DNA of 64,000 nucleotides, taken from the NCBI GenBank assembly GCA_032718475.1, contig JAUCBJ010002551.1, forward strand, positions 20,160 to 84,159. The letters run 5' to 3'. Position numbers and translations under genes: made by a program. The notes beneath the pieces were generated by a model, which saw nothing but the letters and a program-made list of their open reading frames with translations, was not told the DNA's origin and searched no databases. Below are positions 15,001 through 23,874 of the stretch, piece after piece; position 1 is the stretch's first letter, and each line of letters starts with the position of its first letter. This DNA is from Nemertoderma westbladi. Taxonomy: Eukaryota; Animalia; Xenacoelomorpha.

Positions 15001-16172
15001 ATGAACTTCAGTTAGTGAGTGGAACCAACGTGGAGCGGAGTAAGTAAGGAGTACGAGATGAATTTCAGTTAGTGAGTGGAACCAACGTGGAAAGGAGTAA
15101 GTAAGGAGTACGAGATGAACTTCAGTTAGTGAGTGGAACCAACGTGGAGCGGAGTAAGTAAGGAGTACGAGATGAATTTCAGTTAGTGAGTGGAACCAAC
15201 GTGGAAAGGAGTAAGTAAGGAGTACGAGATGAACTTCAGTTAGTGAGTGGAACCAACGTGGACCGGAGTAATTAAGGAGTACGAGATGAACTTCAGTTAG
15301 TGAGTGGAACCAACGTGGAGCGGAGTAAGTAAGGAGTACGAGATGAATTTCAGTTAGTGAGTGGAACCAACGTGGAAAGGAGTAAGTAAGGAGTACGAGA
15401 TGAACTTCAGTTAGTGAGTGGAACCAACGTGGAGCGGAGTAAGTAAGGAGTACGAGATGAACTTCAGTTAGTGAGTGGAACCAACGTGGAGCGGAGTAAG
15501 TAAGGAGTACGAGATGAACTTCAGTTAGTGAGTGGAACCAACGTGGAGCGGAGTAAGTAAGGAGTACGAGATGAACTTCAGTTAGTGAGTGGAACCAACG
15601 TGGAGCGGAGTAAGTAAGGAGTATGAGATGAACTTCAGTAACCAACGTGGAGCGGAGTAAGTAAGGAGTACGAGATGAACTTCAGTTAGTGAGTGGAACC
15701 AACGTGGAGCGGAGTAAGTAAGGAGTACGAGATGAACTTCAGTTAGTGAGTGGAACCAACGTGGAGCGGAGTAAGTAAGGAGTACGAGATGAACTTCAGT
15801 TAGTGAGTGGAACCAACGTGGAGCGGAGTAAGTAAGGAGTACGAGATGAACTTCAGTTAGTGAGTGGAACCAACGTGGAGCGGAGTAAGTAAGGAGTATG
15901 AGATGAACTTCAGTTAGTGAGTGGAACCAACGTGGAGCGGAGTAAGTAAGGAGTACGAGATGAACTTCAGTTAGTGAGTGGAACCAACGTGGAGCGGAGT
16001 AAGTAAGGAGTACGAGATGAACTTCAGTTAGTGAGTGGAACCAACGTGGAGCGGAGTAAGTAAGGAGTACGAGATGAACTTCAGTTAGTGAGTGGAACCA
16101 ACGTGGAGCGGAGTAAGTAAGGAGTATGAGATGAACTTCAGTTAGTGAGTGGAACCAACGTGGAGCAGAGTA
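1..16172. repeat. 57-bp tandem satellite array; runs off the left edge of the window
   Basis: Consensus unit GAGATGAACTTCAGTTAGTGAGTGGAACCAACGTGGAGCGGAGTAAGTAAGGAGTAC repeats head-to-tail. There are point variants and 46-, 56- and 45-bp deletion variants. The array ends at ...TGGAGCAGAGTAAG near 16172. Confidence 0.99.
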
Positions 16173-17339
16173 AGAAGTAGGTAGTGTAGTTGATGGGTTG
16201 TGGGTGGCGTTGTGGTGGATGCGCGGCACAAAATGTACCTGAAAGGAGGGGCGAGACACGTAGTCGGCGAGCCTTGGCATACGGTTAATTTAGGGAAAAT
16301 TGGGCATGTCTGGTAAATGTTTGAACACGAATTTCTCGGCATCGCTGGTTCGGAATTGAACCAATATTATTAGGTAAGTAGTAGAGGGAAAGTTTAGAAA
16401 ATTTGTGAAGTTTTGTGAAAATAAGATATGTGTTTTTTTTAATGTTAAATTTCTTGTGAACGCCTCATATTGCAGAACTAAAAATTTGTTTGCTTTTAGA
16501 ATCATGAAGTCTATCTTTTACGAAATTGAAAAGTTAAGACAATTAGAAAAATGGAGATCCGCTAGAGGCTTCGAAATAATGACTTACCGGTGTAACAGGA
16601 AAATAGAGACAGGGGGGGGGGGGGCTTGACGCAAAACCCGCCTTGGCGAATTAATATCCCGCCTCAATGTTAAATTCTCAATTTAGGGAAAGGAGCAGGT
16701 TACAGTGGCACGCTATTTTAACCAAAACAATAAACTAAACACAATAGAACCCCCCCCGGGTTAAATTTCCTAGAAAAATTTCCCGGGGGGACATATTCTA
16801 GGACACTACCTGTTCCTGTACCAAGCTCAAGCACCAGTAGTCCTAAGTATTACTGCAGAATTACAACTACAGTAACAGTTCAGCCTATATAAGATGTCAT
16901 TATGTTTCTTATAATGTAGGTCGATCGGTATTGGACGAATGGTTAAGGCTTTAGACTAGAATTCCAATTCTAGTTTGAATTTGGTAATAGTTATTTTGCA
17001 CGTTTTTTAATTTTATTCCTAAAAGCCCACAATCATTACTGAAAATAAACCAACCTTTGTTACGTATGCAGTCCGTCAAAAGTTTATAAATAATCTGAAG
17101 TTTTGTAAAAAAAATGAGACAGTTTTTCAGTTGGTACCGGTGGTTTCAGACTCTTGATAAAATCCGGAATAAGTCGGTCAATCATTGATGCAATTAAACC
17201 AAACTTGGTACGTATGCAGTCTCGTGCTGCCCGAAGGCCCCACGAACGTGTACAATAAACTATAACTTTATAAATGCATCAATAAACAGTAACTTTATAA
17301 ATGCATCAATAAACTATCTTATAATTATTTACCTTGTAG

Positions 17340-17511
17340 GTTCACGTACATCCAGACTATCATTCTCCAATAGGCTACTCCAATGATATTGCTGTTCTGG
17401 TATTAGAGAAACCCGCTACACTTGGCACATACGTAAATGTCGCTTGTCTACCAAAACAAACTGATTATGATCTTATGAACTGTGTTACCACTGGATGGGG
17501 GAGCACCGAAG
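17340..17511 (+). CDS. Internal exon of a host trypsin-like (S1A) serine protease, catalytic Asp region
   Basis: Flanked by acceptor ttaccttgtAG and donor GTaact. Translates VHVHPDYHSPIGYSNDIAVLVLEKPATLGTYVNVACLPKQTDYDLMNCVTTGWGSTE+G, with the HPxY, NDIA(V)L, CLP and GWG chymotrypsin-family motifs. 172 bp, ending in phase 1. Confidence 0.93.
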
Positions 17512-17644
17512 GTAACTTACAATGTTTCTAACTGATCAGCTTTATCCACCACAGGAATAAAAGAATTCAAATTTATGTCAGGTGAAAAACCAACCCAATC
17601 AATTCTATGATTCACAATAATTTCCAATACAAATATTCCCTTAG

Positions 17645-17790
17645 GAACCGGAGATCGTATTGTTCTGAGACAGGTTGTGGTCCCTATAGTCCCTCAAGCA
17701 ACATGCAAGGGAAGTGATTACTATGGTATCGGAATCCATGACAGCATGATCTGTGCTGGGTATGAGGAGGGTGGTAAAGATTCTTGCCAG
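17645..17790 (+). CDS. Next exon of the same serine protease, ending just before GDSGGP
   Basis: Flanked by acceptor cccttAG and donor GTttga; phase matches the previous exon across a 133-bp intron. Translates GTGDRIVLRQVVVPIVPQATCKGSDYYGIGIHDSMICAGYEEGGKDSCQ. MICAG and GKDSCQ (S1-pocket Asp) indicate trypsin-like specificity. Confidence 0.93.
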
Positions 17791-18690
17791 GTTTGAGATA
17801 AAAAATCAAATATTAATTACTGTATTATAATATAAATTACACGTAGATTAAAGTAAGATTTTAACATTATGTTACATTATGACTAATTACGCGTCAGACT
17901 ACGTAAATTTGAATAAATCACTACTTGTAGGCCTACAGTGCGTTATAGAATGGTACACTTATTCAGCCAAGGAATGCATCCCTCCCTACTCAGGGGCATG
18001 GCAGATCTTCCCTTTCTCAGTAAAACTACTCTATCCGGTTTCCAAAGTTAAGACCGATAAGGCAGATAAACTGCAACATTGAGTTCTTTTTCCGATAACA
18101 GTGATATTAACCACGATACTGAACGTTTGTAGCGTTTTAAAGGCTCCATGAAATATTGCAACTTTCTACGGAAAAACTTGTATTCTTAAATTGTTACCTT
18201 TTCTCTCAAAATTAGACCAAAATCGGGAGGAAAAAGTTGCACTTTTTCCCTACTGTAGGGAAAAAAAGTAACCCATAGGATTGCATTGATTTTACTTTTT
18301 TTCCTGGCGAAAAAAGTAAAACAAAATATTTTTGGTGGAATTTTTAAAATGTTATTAAACGTGTTCAAAGAGCATTGACATAGAAAAAGTTTGCAGGTAA
18401 TTTTAGCCAAATCCATGCACGAACTCCAAAGATATGGCAAATTTAGTGTCTGCGTGGCGTAGGCCTACTCCAAAACGGAACTCAATATCCAATAATGGTT
18501 TATGTTGTTAAGCGGCTCCCTAGTTACGTAATAAATATTCGCGAACACTAAATTATTTAACATTCAGTATGGCAGCATCAGTAATGAAGAGTACAGTAAT
18601 TTGAATTTCAGTAACTATGGAAGCAATATAGTAAAATTTTATAGTTCAATTTATTTTGTACCTCTACTGTATATCGCTGTACGTTTTATT

Positions 18691-19048
18691 AGGAGCCCGC
18701 TTGACAGCGGGATACTTACTGTAAGAATCTCAGGGATACTTTCTGTAAATATTTAGGAGCCCGCTTGACAGCGGGATACTTACTGTAAGAATCTCAGGGA
18801 TACTTTCTGTAAAAATCTCAGGATACATTACGCTGACTGACTGACTGACATACTGACTGATAATTATCTAGGTTAAGGCACTTCCTGCCTGGCGATTTTG
18901 ATAAAATTTTGCAAGTACATTGCTTTGGTGGTTCATAATCGCGTTACAAAATTTCAGATCGAATCTATGTGTGGTATTCGATATATTTCGTTTTTTGACA
19001 TTGTTTTGTCGCGAAATTAAAAGCAATGGTAAAATAACAGCTGGTGTT
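18691..19048 (+). mobile_element. Truncated non-autonomous element, HINE/DINE-1 (Helentron-derived)-like
   Basis: T-rich flank, then a 64-bp duplicated head containing the hairpin CCCGCT-TGAC-AGCGGG (copies at 18691 and 18755), then a (CTGA)n microsatellite at ~18833-18860. Cut off by the Gypsy-like 5' LTR. Confidence 0.45.
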
Positions 19049-19167
19049 TATACTAATATACTAGATATATGGTGGAGGGAAGTTTGAACGATGAGATTGT
19101 ATCTGTATGTAGAAGGTAGAAAGAGAGAGTAATAGAGCTTACAGAAAAACGCTATTCAGTTCTTATA
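19049..19167 (+). repeat. 5' LTR of the Gypsy-like element (TATA...TATA)
   Basis: Direct repeat of 23756-23874, differing at two positions (ATGAGATT/ATGACATT and GAGTAAT/GAATAAT). Confidence 0.93.
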
Positions 19168-19179
19168 AGCTAACCGGGC
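19168..19179 (+). promoter_or_regulatory. Putative primer-binding site AGCTAACCGGGC
   Basis: Lies immediately 3' of the 5' LTR. It is the reverse complement of GCCCGGTTAGCT, which has the form of tRNA nt 1-12 (7-nt acceptor strand plus U8-A9-G10-C11-U12), as in tRNA-Lys. Confidence 0.55.
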
Positions 19180-19273
19180 CTGTACAGCTGTAGTGCAGTA
19201 TTGATGTGTTGTTGATAATAGTTCTGTAGTTGGTATGATTGACTGTTAATTTTATAAATATCAATGGTGTAAT

Positions 19274-20284
19274 ATGGCTCCGAAGTTGAGCGACTATGTA
19301 AAAAAGTATAACGGTAGTGGGGACCCACTGACATGGTTAATGATATATAATGACACGTTCGATGTGCTGAAAACAGAAGGCGTTGTCAAGGAGGAATCAA
19401 GGGCAACGTATCTCAGGTTATCCTTGGATGGTGCTGCGTATGCCGTCGTTAGTCAGTTATCTGAGGCGGATAAGTTTAGATGTGACAGAATACAAAATGC
19501 AGTGATAGCGGCTTTTGCTGTGAATGAGTATACTGCTTATGAGCAGTTTAAGAATAGAGAATTGAAACCGGGAGAATCGGTAGATGCATTCGTAGCGGAC
19601 TTGAAAAGATTAATCGGATTGGTGACAGGGAACTTAGTTGAGAATGCAGTGTCTAGAAAGATGGTTTCAGCTCAGATGGTAAGCGGTATACCGGATGATA
19701 TTTCAACGGAAGTTAAAGCTCTGGCCGGAGAAATGGACCTCGAAAAACTACTCGTACAAGCACGTCGGTTGTTGTCCGAAAAAGAACACAGTACAGCTGA
19801 TATAGTCGGTGCAGCAGGGCATGGTTATAGCGCAGAGATAGACTACAACAATGGATACCCAGGTCGTGGCCAATGGGGGCGGAGTCAACGAGGTGGACGA
19901 CCATATGGAGGTGGACGAGGTGGATATGGTGGAGATACCGGTAGGGGATCCAATAATTGCTTTCATTGCGGGAGGAGCGGCCATTTTGCCAGGGAGTGTT
20001 ACTACAGAAATGGTGGCGGTGGCGCTCAGCAAGCGTTTAGTAGATATCAGGTGAGCTGCTATCGATGTGGAAAACAGGGCCACATTGTAAGGGAGTGTAC
20101 TGAAGTTACGGGAAATTGTTCGACGGCGACAGGAGTTCGGGAATATGGTAGTAATATGGAGGGAAACGTGCGAGGGGAGATGGCGGAACATGCGCCAGTG
20201 GTCGTTTCCCCGGAGATACAGGGAAGGCGCCAGCCCCAGTCATACAATCAATATGTGGAGGCAAGAAGGCCACCGCGTTGGTAG
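19274..20284 (+). CDS. gag: Gag of the Gypsy-like element
   Basis: 336-aa ORF with a capsid-like region (GESVDAFVADLKRL), an RGG-rich stretch, and knuckles CFHCGRSGHFAREC and CYRCGKQGHIVREC. Confidence 0.92.
   Translation: MAPKLSDYVKKYNGSGDPLTWLMIYNDTFDVLKTEGVVKEESRATYLRLSLDGAAYAVVSQLSEADKFRCDRIQNAVIAAFAVNEYTAYEQFKNRELKPGESVDAFVADLKRLIGLVTGNLVENAVSRKMVSAQMVSGIPDDISTEVKALAGEMDLEKLLVQARRLLSEKEHSTADIVGAAGHGYSAEIDYNNGYPGRGQWGRSQRGGRPYGGGRGGYGGDTGRGSNNCFHCGRSGHFARECYYRNGGGGAQQAFSRYQVSCYRCGKQGHIVRECTEVTGNCSTATGVREYGSNMEGNVRGEMAEHAPVVVSPEIQGRRQPQSYNQYVEARRPPRW
20161..20230 (+). promoter_or_regulatory. -1 programmed ribosomal frameshift signal (gag-pol)
   Basis: G GGA AAC heptamer in the gag frame at 20161-20167, then a 6-nt spacer. 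Stem GGGGAGATGGC (20174-20184) pairs with GTCGTTTCCCC (20201-20211). Loop GCGCC can pair with GGCGC at 20226-20230. The -1 frame is open from the heptamer into the protease. Confidence 0.85.
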
Positions 20285-22148
20285 ATACGGGATGTAGCCG
20301 AGGAGTAATGACTCGAAAGTTTAGTTCTGGATTTATTGGATATATTAGAGAATGTGACTCAAATAATAGGATAGCTATGTTAGATGGAACTGTTACCCAG
20401 AAATTAAAATGTGAAATGATTACTGCTGTGAAAATTGATGGATTAAATGAAATTGAATGGTCATTTCTCATTGTTGATTATATTGTTGGTAATTTGGATG
20501 TTGTAATCGGGTGGGATTTTATCAAAGCACACGGAGGAGTTTCAATTAATTGTTCAAATAATGAGCAAGTGACAATTACATTCGGTTGTGCTGCATATCC
20601 AATTTCAGCGATTGGAACAGTAGAACAGAAACCACAGTCTATGTTAATTATTGAGAAAAACGATTTCAACGCAGAATTTAATGGGAACAATTGGGAGATA
20701 GAATATAAATTTAAAGACGACATTCCCCCGGACAGATTAAATAATACCGTGGCAGAGTATAAAATTCCTGAGAAATTACAAGATAAATATGAACAAGCAG
20801 ATGAAGGGTGGATAAATAACGGCTGGTTAAAGGAGATTAATTACATTCCCAAGGCGCTGATACCACTTATGCACAAAAACGAACCCCGTAAAGACAGAGT
20901 AAGACCCATTATGGACTTCAGGGAACTGAATAAACATTTAAAAAACCAACCTGGTACCGACGCTGCAGTGAGCAATGAGAAACTGAGAAAATGGATGAGA
21001 AAGGGAAATCAAACGGCCGTTATAGACCTAAAAAATGCATACATGCAGGTTCATGTCAATCAGAAATTACACCCATACCAAGTTGTAAAATTTAAAGGCA
21101 AACTCTATGAAATGACGAGATTAGGTTATGGTTTAGCCCCAGCCCCGAAGATACTAGATTCAATAGTAGAGAAAGTTCTAGAACAGGACAAGAAGATAAA
21201 AGATGCAGCAGATAATTTTCGTGATGACATTTATGTAGATGTGAGTAAGGTAGAAGCGATAGAAGTTGTAAATCATTTGAAAAGGTATGGACTCGGAAGT
21301 AAGGATCCAGTTGAAATAAAGAATGGAGCAAGGGTACTCAGTATTTCTGTAAAAGATGGCAAATGGCGACGAGATTCAGAATTGCCTCAACCAGAGGAAA
21401 TTGAGAAATCAATAAGTCATCGTAGATTGTTGGCAATCATAGGCAAATTACGTGGAAATTACTTGATTGGGGGATGGCTGAGAGTAGCATGTTCCTGGCT
21501 ACAAAGACAGGCGTCCAAAACATTAATGGACAGTGCAGTAGATGATGATGTAAGAGAGAAATTGCTGGAAACAGTTGTGAGAGTGAACAAACATGACCCA
21601 GCTCATGGACATTGGCCGATATCAAATATAGATGTTGGCGAAGTATGGTGTGATGCCAGCAACATCGCATTGGGAGCATTGATTCGTATTAATGGGATTG
21701 TAGCAGAAGACGGAACCTGGCTGAGGAAGAACATGGATAATGAGCATATAAATGCAGCTGAACTCACGTCTGTAGTTGAAGGATTAAACATGGCCATGGC
21801 GTGGGAATTAAAAAATATAACTATATGGACAGATTCATCAACTGTATATGGTTGGGTCAATGCCACAATAAACGATGAACATCGAATCAGAACACATGGT
21901 CTATCCAGGATGTTGATTCTAAGACGCCTAGATATAATTAAGAAAATTATAAATGAATATAAGTTGAACGTTTCTATAAAACTGATACCATCAAGTAAAA
22001 ATTTAGCGGACTGCTTAACCAGAGTGCCAAAGCCATGGATAATGAAACCAAAAGTAGAGATAGTGGCTATTGGAAAAACTGGCTGTACACCAGAAGATGA
22101 AAATAGGTGTGGAAGAGATGCTGTTGGCCGAAGAATACAGAAACTACA

Positions 22149-22646
22149 CGAAGTGGGGACTTCGCGCAGCACGAAGTTGGCAGAGCCTTAGCGAATTGAC
22201 AATTTATGCAAATAGTCACGTTGGCCCTCTAGCGGCAGACTGGAGAACTGCAGATGGATTCGCCTCCTTTGAAAGTCACAGCTAATGGTCTAATACATAT
22301 CTGCCAAGTTTCAGCTTAAACGGATTAAAAGCAAAGAAATGGGAGGGCATTTAATGTTTAGACATGTGGCCCTCTAGCGGGAGACCATTGCACTGATGGT
22401 GTCTGAAAGTCTCTCAAAAATCTCAACTTTTGCTCATATTGATACCTACAAATTTTCAACTTGGCAGCTTTAAATCCGACAAAGTTATTAGCATGTCAAA
22501 ATCGTAACGACGACGACAACGACGACGACGACAACGACGACGACGACAACGACGACGACGACGACGACGACAACTATTTGCATAAATTGACCCACCCCCT
22601 AACAGTGTCAATTCGCTAAGGCTCCGCCAACTTCGTGGCTCGCCCC
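22149..22646. mobile_element. Non-autonomous MITE/HINE-like insertion in the integrase gene
   Basis: Subterminal inverted repeats CACGAAGTTGGCAGAGCCTTAGCGAATTGAC / GTCAATTCGCTAAGGCTCCGCCAACTTCGTG, a second inverted pair AATTTATGCAAATAGT, a terminal hairpin CGAAGT-GGGG-ACTTCG, and an (ACG)n microsatellite at ~22508-22571. Possible ACA duplication at 22146-48 and 22647-49. Confidence 0.85.
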
Positions 22647-23755
22647 ACATGAAATAGCGCATACTGGAGCAGAAAGAACTGAAAGTTTGTGTCAAAGGGA
22701 CAGAGAGTTACAAGGGAAATCATTTAACAAAGCAGTAATAATTGATATATGCAAAACGTGTGATAAATGTAATAGAATTGATCCAATGCCTATTAAGGTA
22801 GAAGGGGGTAGCTGTAAAGTCAATAAAGCTTGGCAACGACTGTCATTGGACATTACTAAAAATGAGGGAAAAACATATTTTACCATTGAGGACTGTGCAT
22901 CATCATTTACAATATGGCGACAGATTTACAGAGAAACCAGTGAAGTAGTCATTAGAGAACTGCAACAGATATTTATAGAGTGGGGCCCATCTGAGGAAGT
23001 GATAACTGATAATGGTCCGGCTTTCAGGAGCGAGAAGTTTAATGAGTTTCTAGATAGTTGGGAAGTTATTCATATAGCAGCTTGTGCTCATAGACCTCAA
23101 GGGAATCCCGTCGAGAGGGTTCATCGCACTATCAAGACATGGGCAGCCCGTTCAGGCAAAGATCCAGTAAAAGTAACGTTCTGGCACAACAGAACAAAAA
23201 TAAGAGGGAACCAATCGCCGCTAGAGAAACTAATGGAAGAACGAGTAATCAAACTGCCAGGAGTAAGTAAATACGAAAGAGTAGATCATGGTCCTCCAGT
23301 GAATCCACGATATTGTGTGGGAGACATGGTATATGTAAAACCGCAACAGCACATTCGTTGTACCCAGGAATGGAATGGACCTTTCAGAGTTGAAGAGGTT
23401 ATAGATCAACGTTCAATCGTAGTGAATGGATTTCGAAGACATTTGCAACATATCAGACCAGCAAAATATAAAACTCCAGCAACTATAGGTCATGATATTG
23501 AGGAACGAGCTAGCTCTGATGATCAAAATATTAGTGAAAGTGATAGTGAATCAGAGGAGAATGACGATAATGTTGAAGATAACGAACAAATAGTAAACAG
23601 TGAAAATGACGAAACAATAGACTACGGTGACAGTCAACCTAACTCGGGGAACCAATACTATATTACGAGGGGAGGCCGACAGTCTAGGCCGCCTGATAGA
23701 TTGCAATATATGTAAATAAGATTATGGTTATTGAGTTCTATAGAACTGGGGGGGA

Positions 23756-23874
23756 TATACTAATATACTAGATATATGGTGGAGGGAAGTTTGAACGATG
23801 ACATTGTATCTGTATGTAGAAGGTAGAAAGAGAGAATAATAGAGCTTACAGAAAAACGCTATTCAGTTCTTATA
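23756..23874 (+). repeat. 3' LTR of the Gypsy-like element
   Basis: Preceded by PPT GGGGGGGA (23748-23755); repeat of 19049-19167. Confidence 0.93.

Larger units (their letters stand above)
20161..23715 (+). pseudogene. pol: Pol (protease, RT, RNase H, integrase) of the Gypsy-like element, interrupted by a MITE
   Basis: Motifs ALVDTGCS; RPIMDFRELN, IDLKNAYMQV, RLGYGLAPAP, FRDD; RNase H WCDAS...HINAAEL...WTDS...NLADCLTR. Removing 501 bp restores the integrase zinc finger KLHEIAHTG...CKTCDKC, followed by LSLDIT / ITDNGPAF / VERVHRT. Confidence 0.9.
19049..23874 (+). mobile_element. Ty3/Gypsy-like LTR retrotransposon (gag, PR-RT-RH-IN order)
   Basis: Two 119-bp LTRs with 2 mismatches, gag with two CCHC knuckles, protease LVDTGCS, RT, RNase H and integrase in Gypsy order, and a G7A polypurine tract before the 3' LTR. 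Confidence 0.93.

Noticed and set aside
1-16172. CRISPR array
   Set aside because: Units are contiguous near-identical 57-mers with no unique spacers, there are no cas genes, and the context is eukaryotic.
970-16280. Minus-strand ORFs encoding (FHSLTEVHLVLLTYSAPRW)n
   Set aside because: A by-product of a 57-bp unit that lacks a stop in one frame. Most starts are non-ATG, and 46- and 56-bp variants break the frame freely.
16917-16998. Degenerate tRNA-like sequence (TGGACGAATGGTTAAGGC...GTTTGAAT)
   Set aside because: The B box is degenerate and stems are poor; too weak to call.
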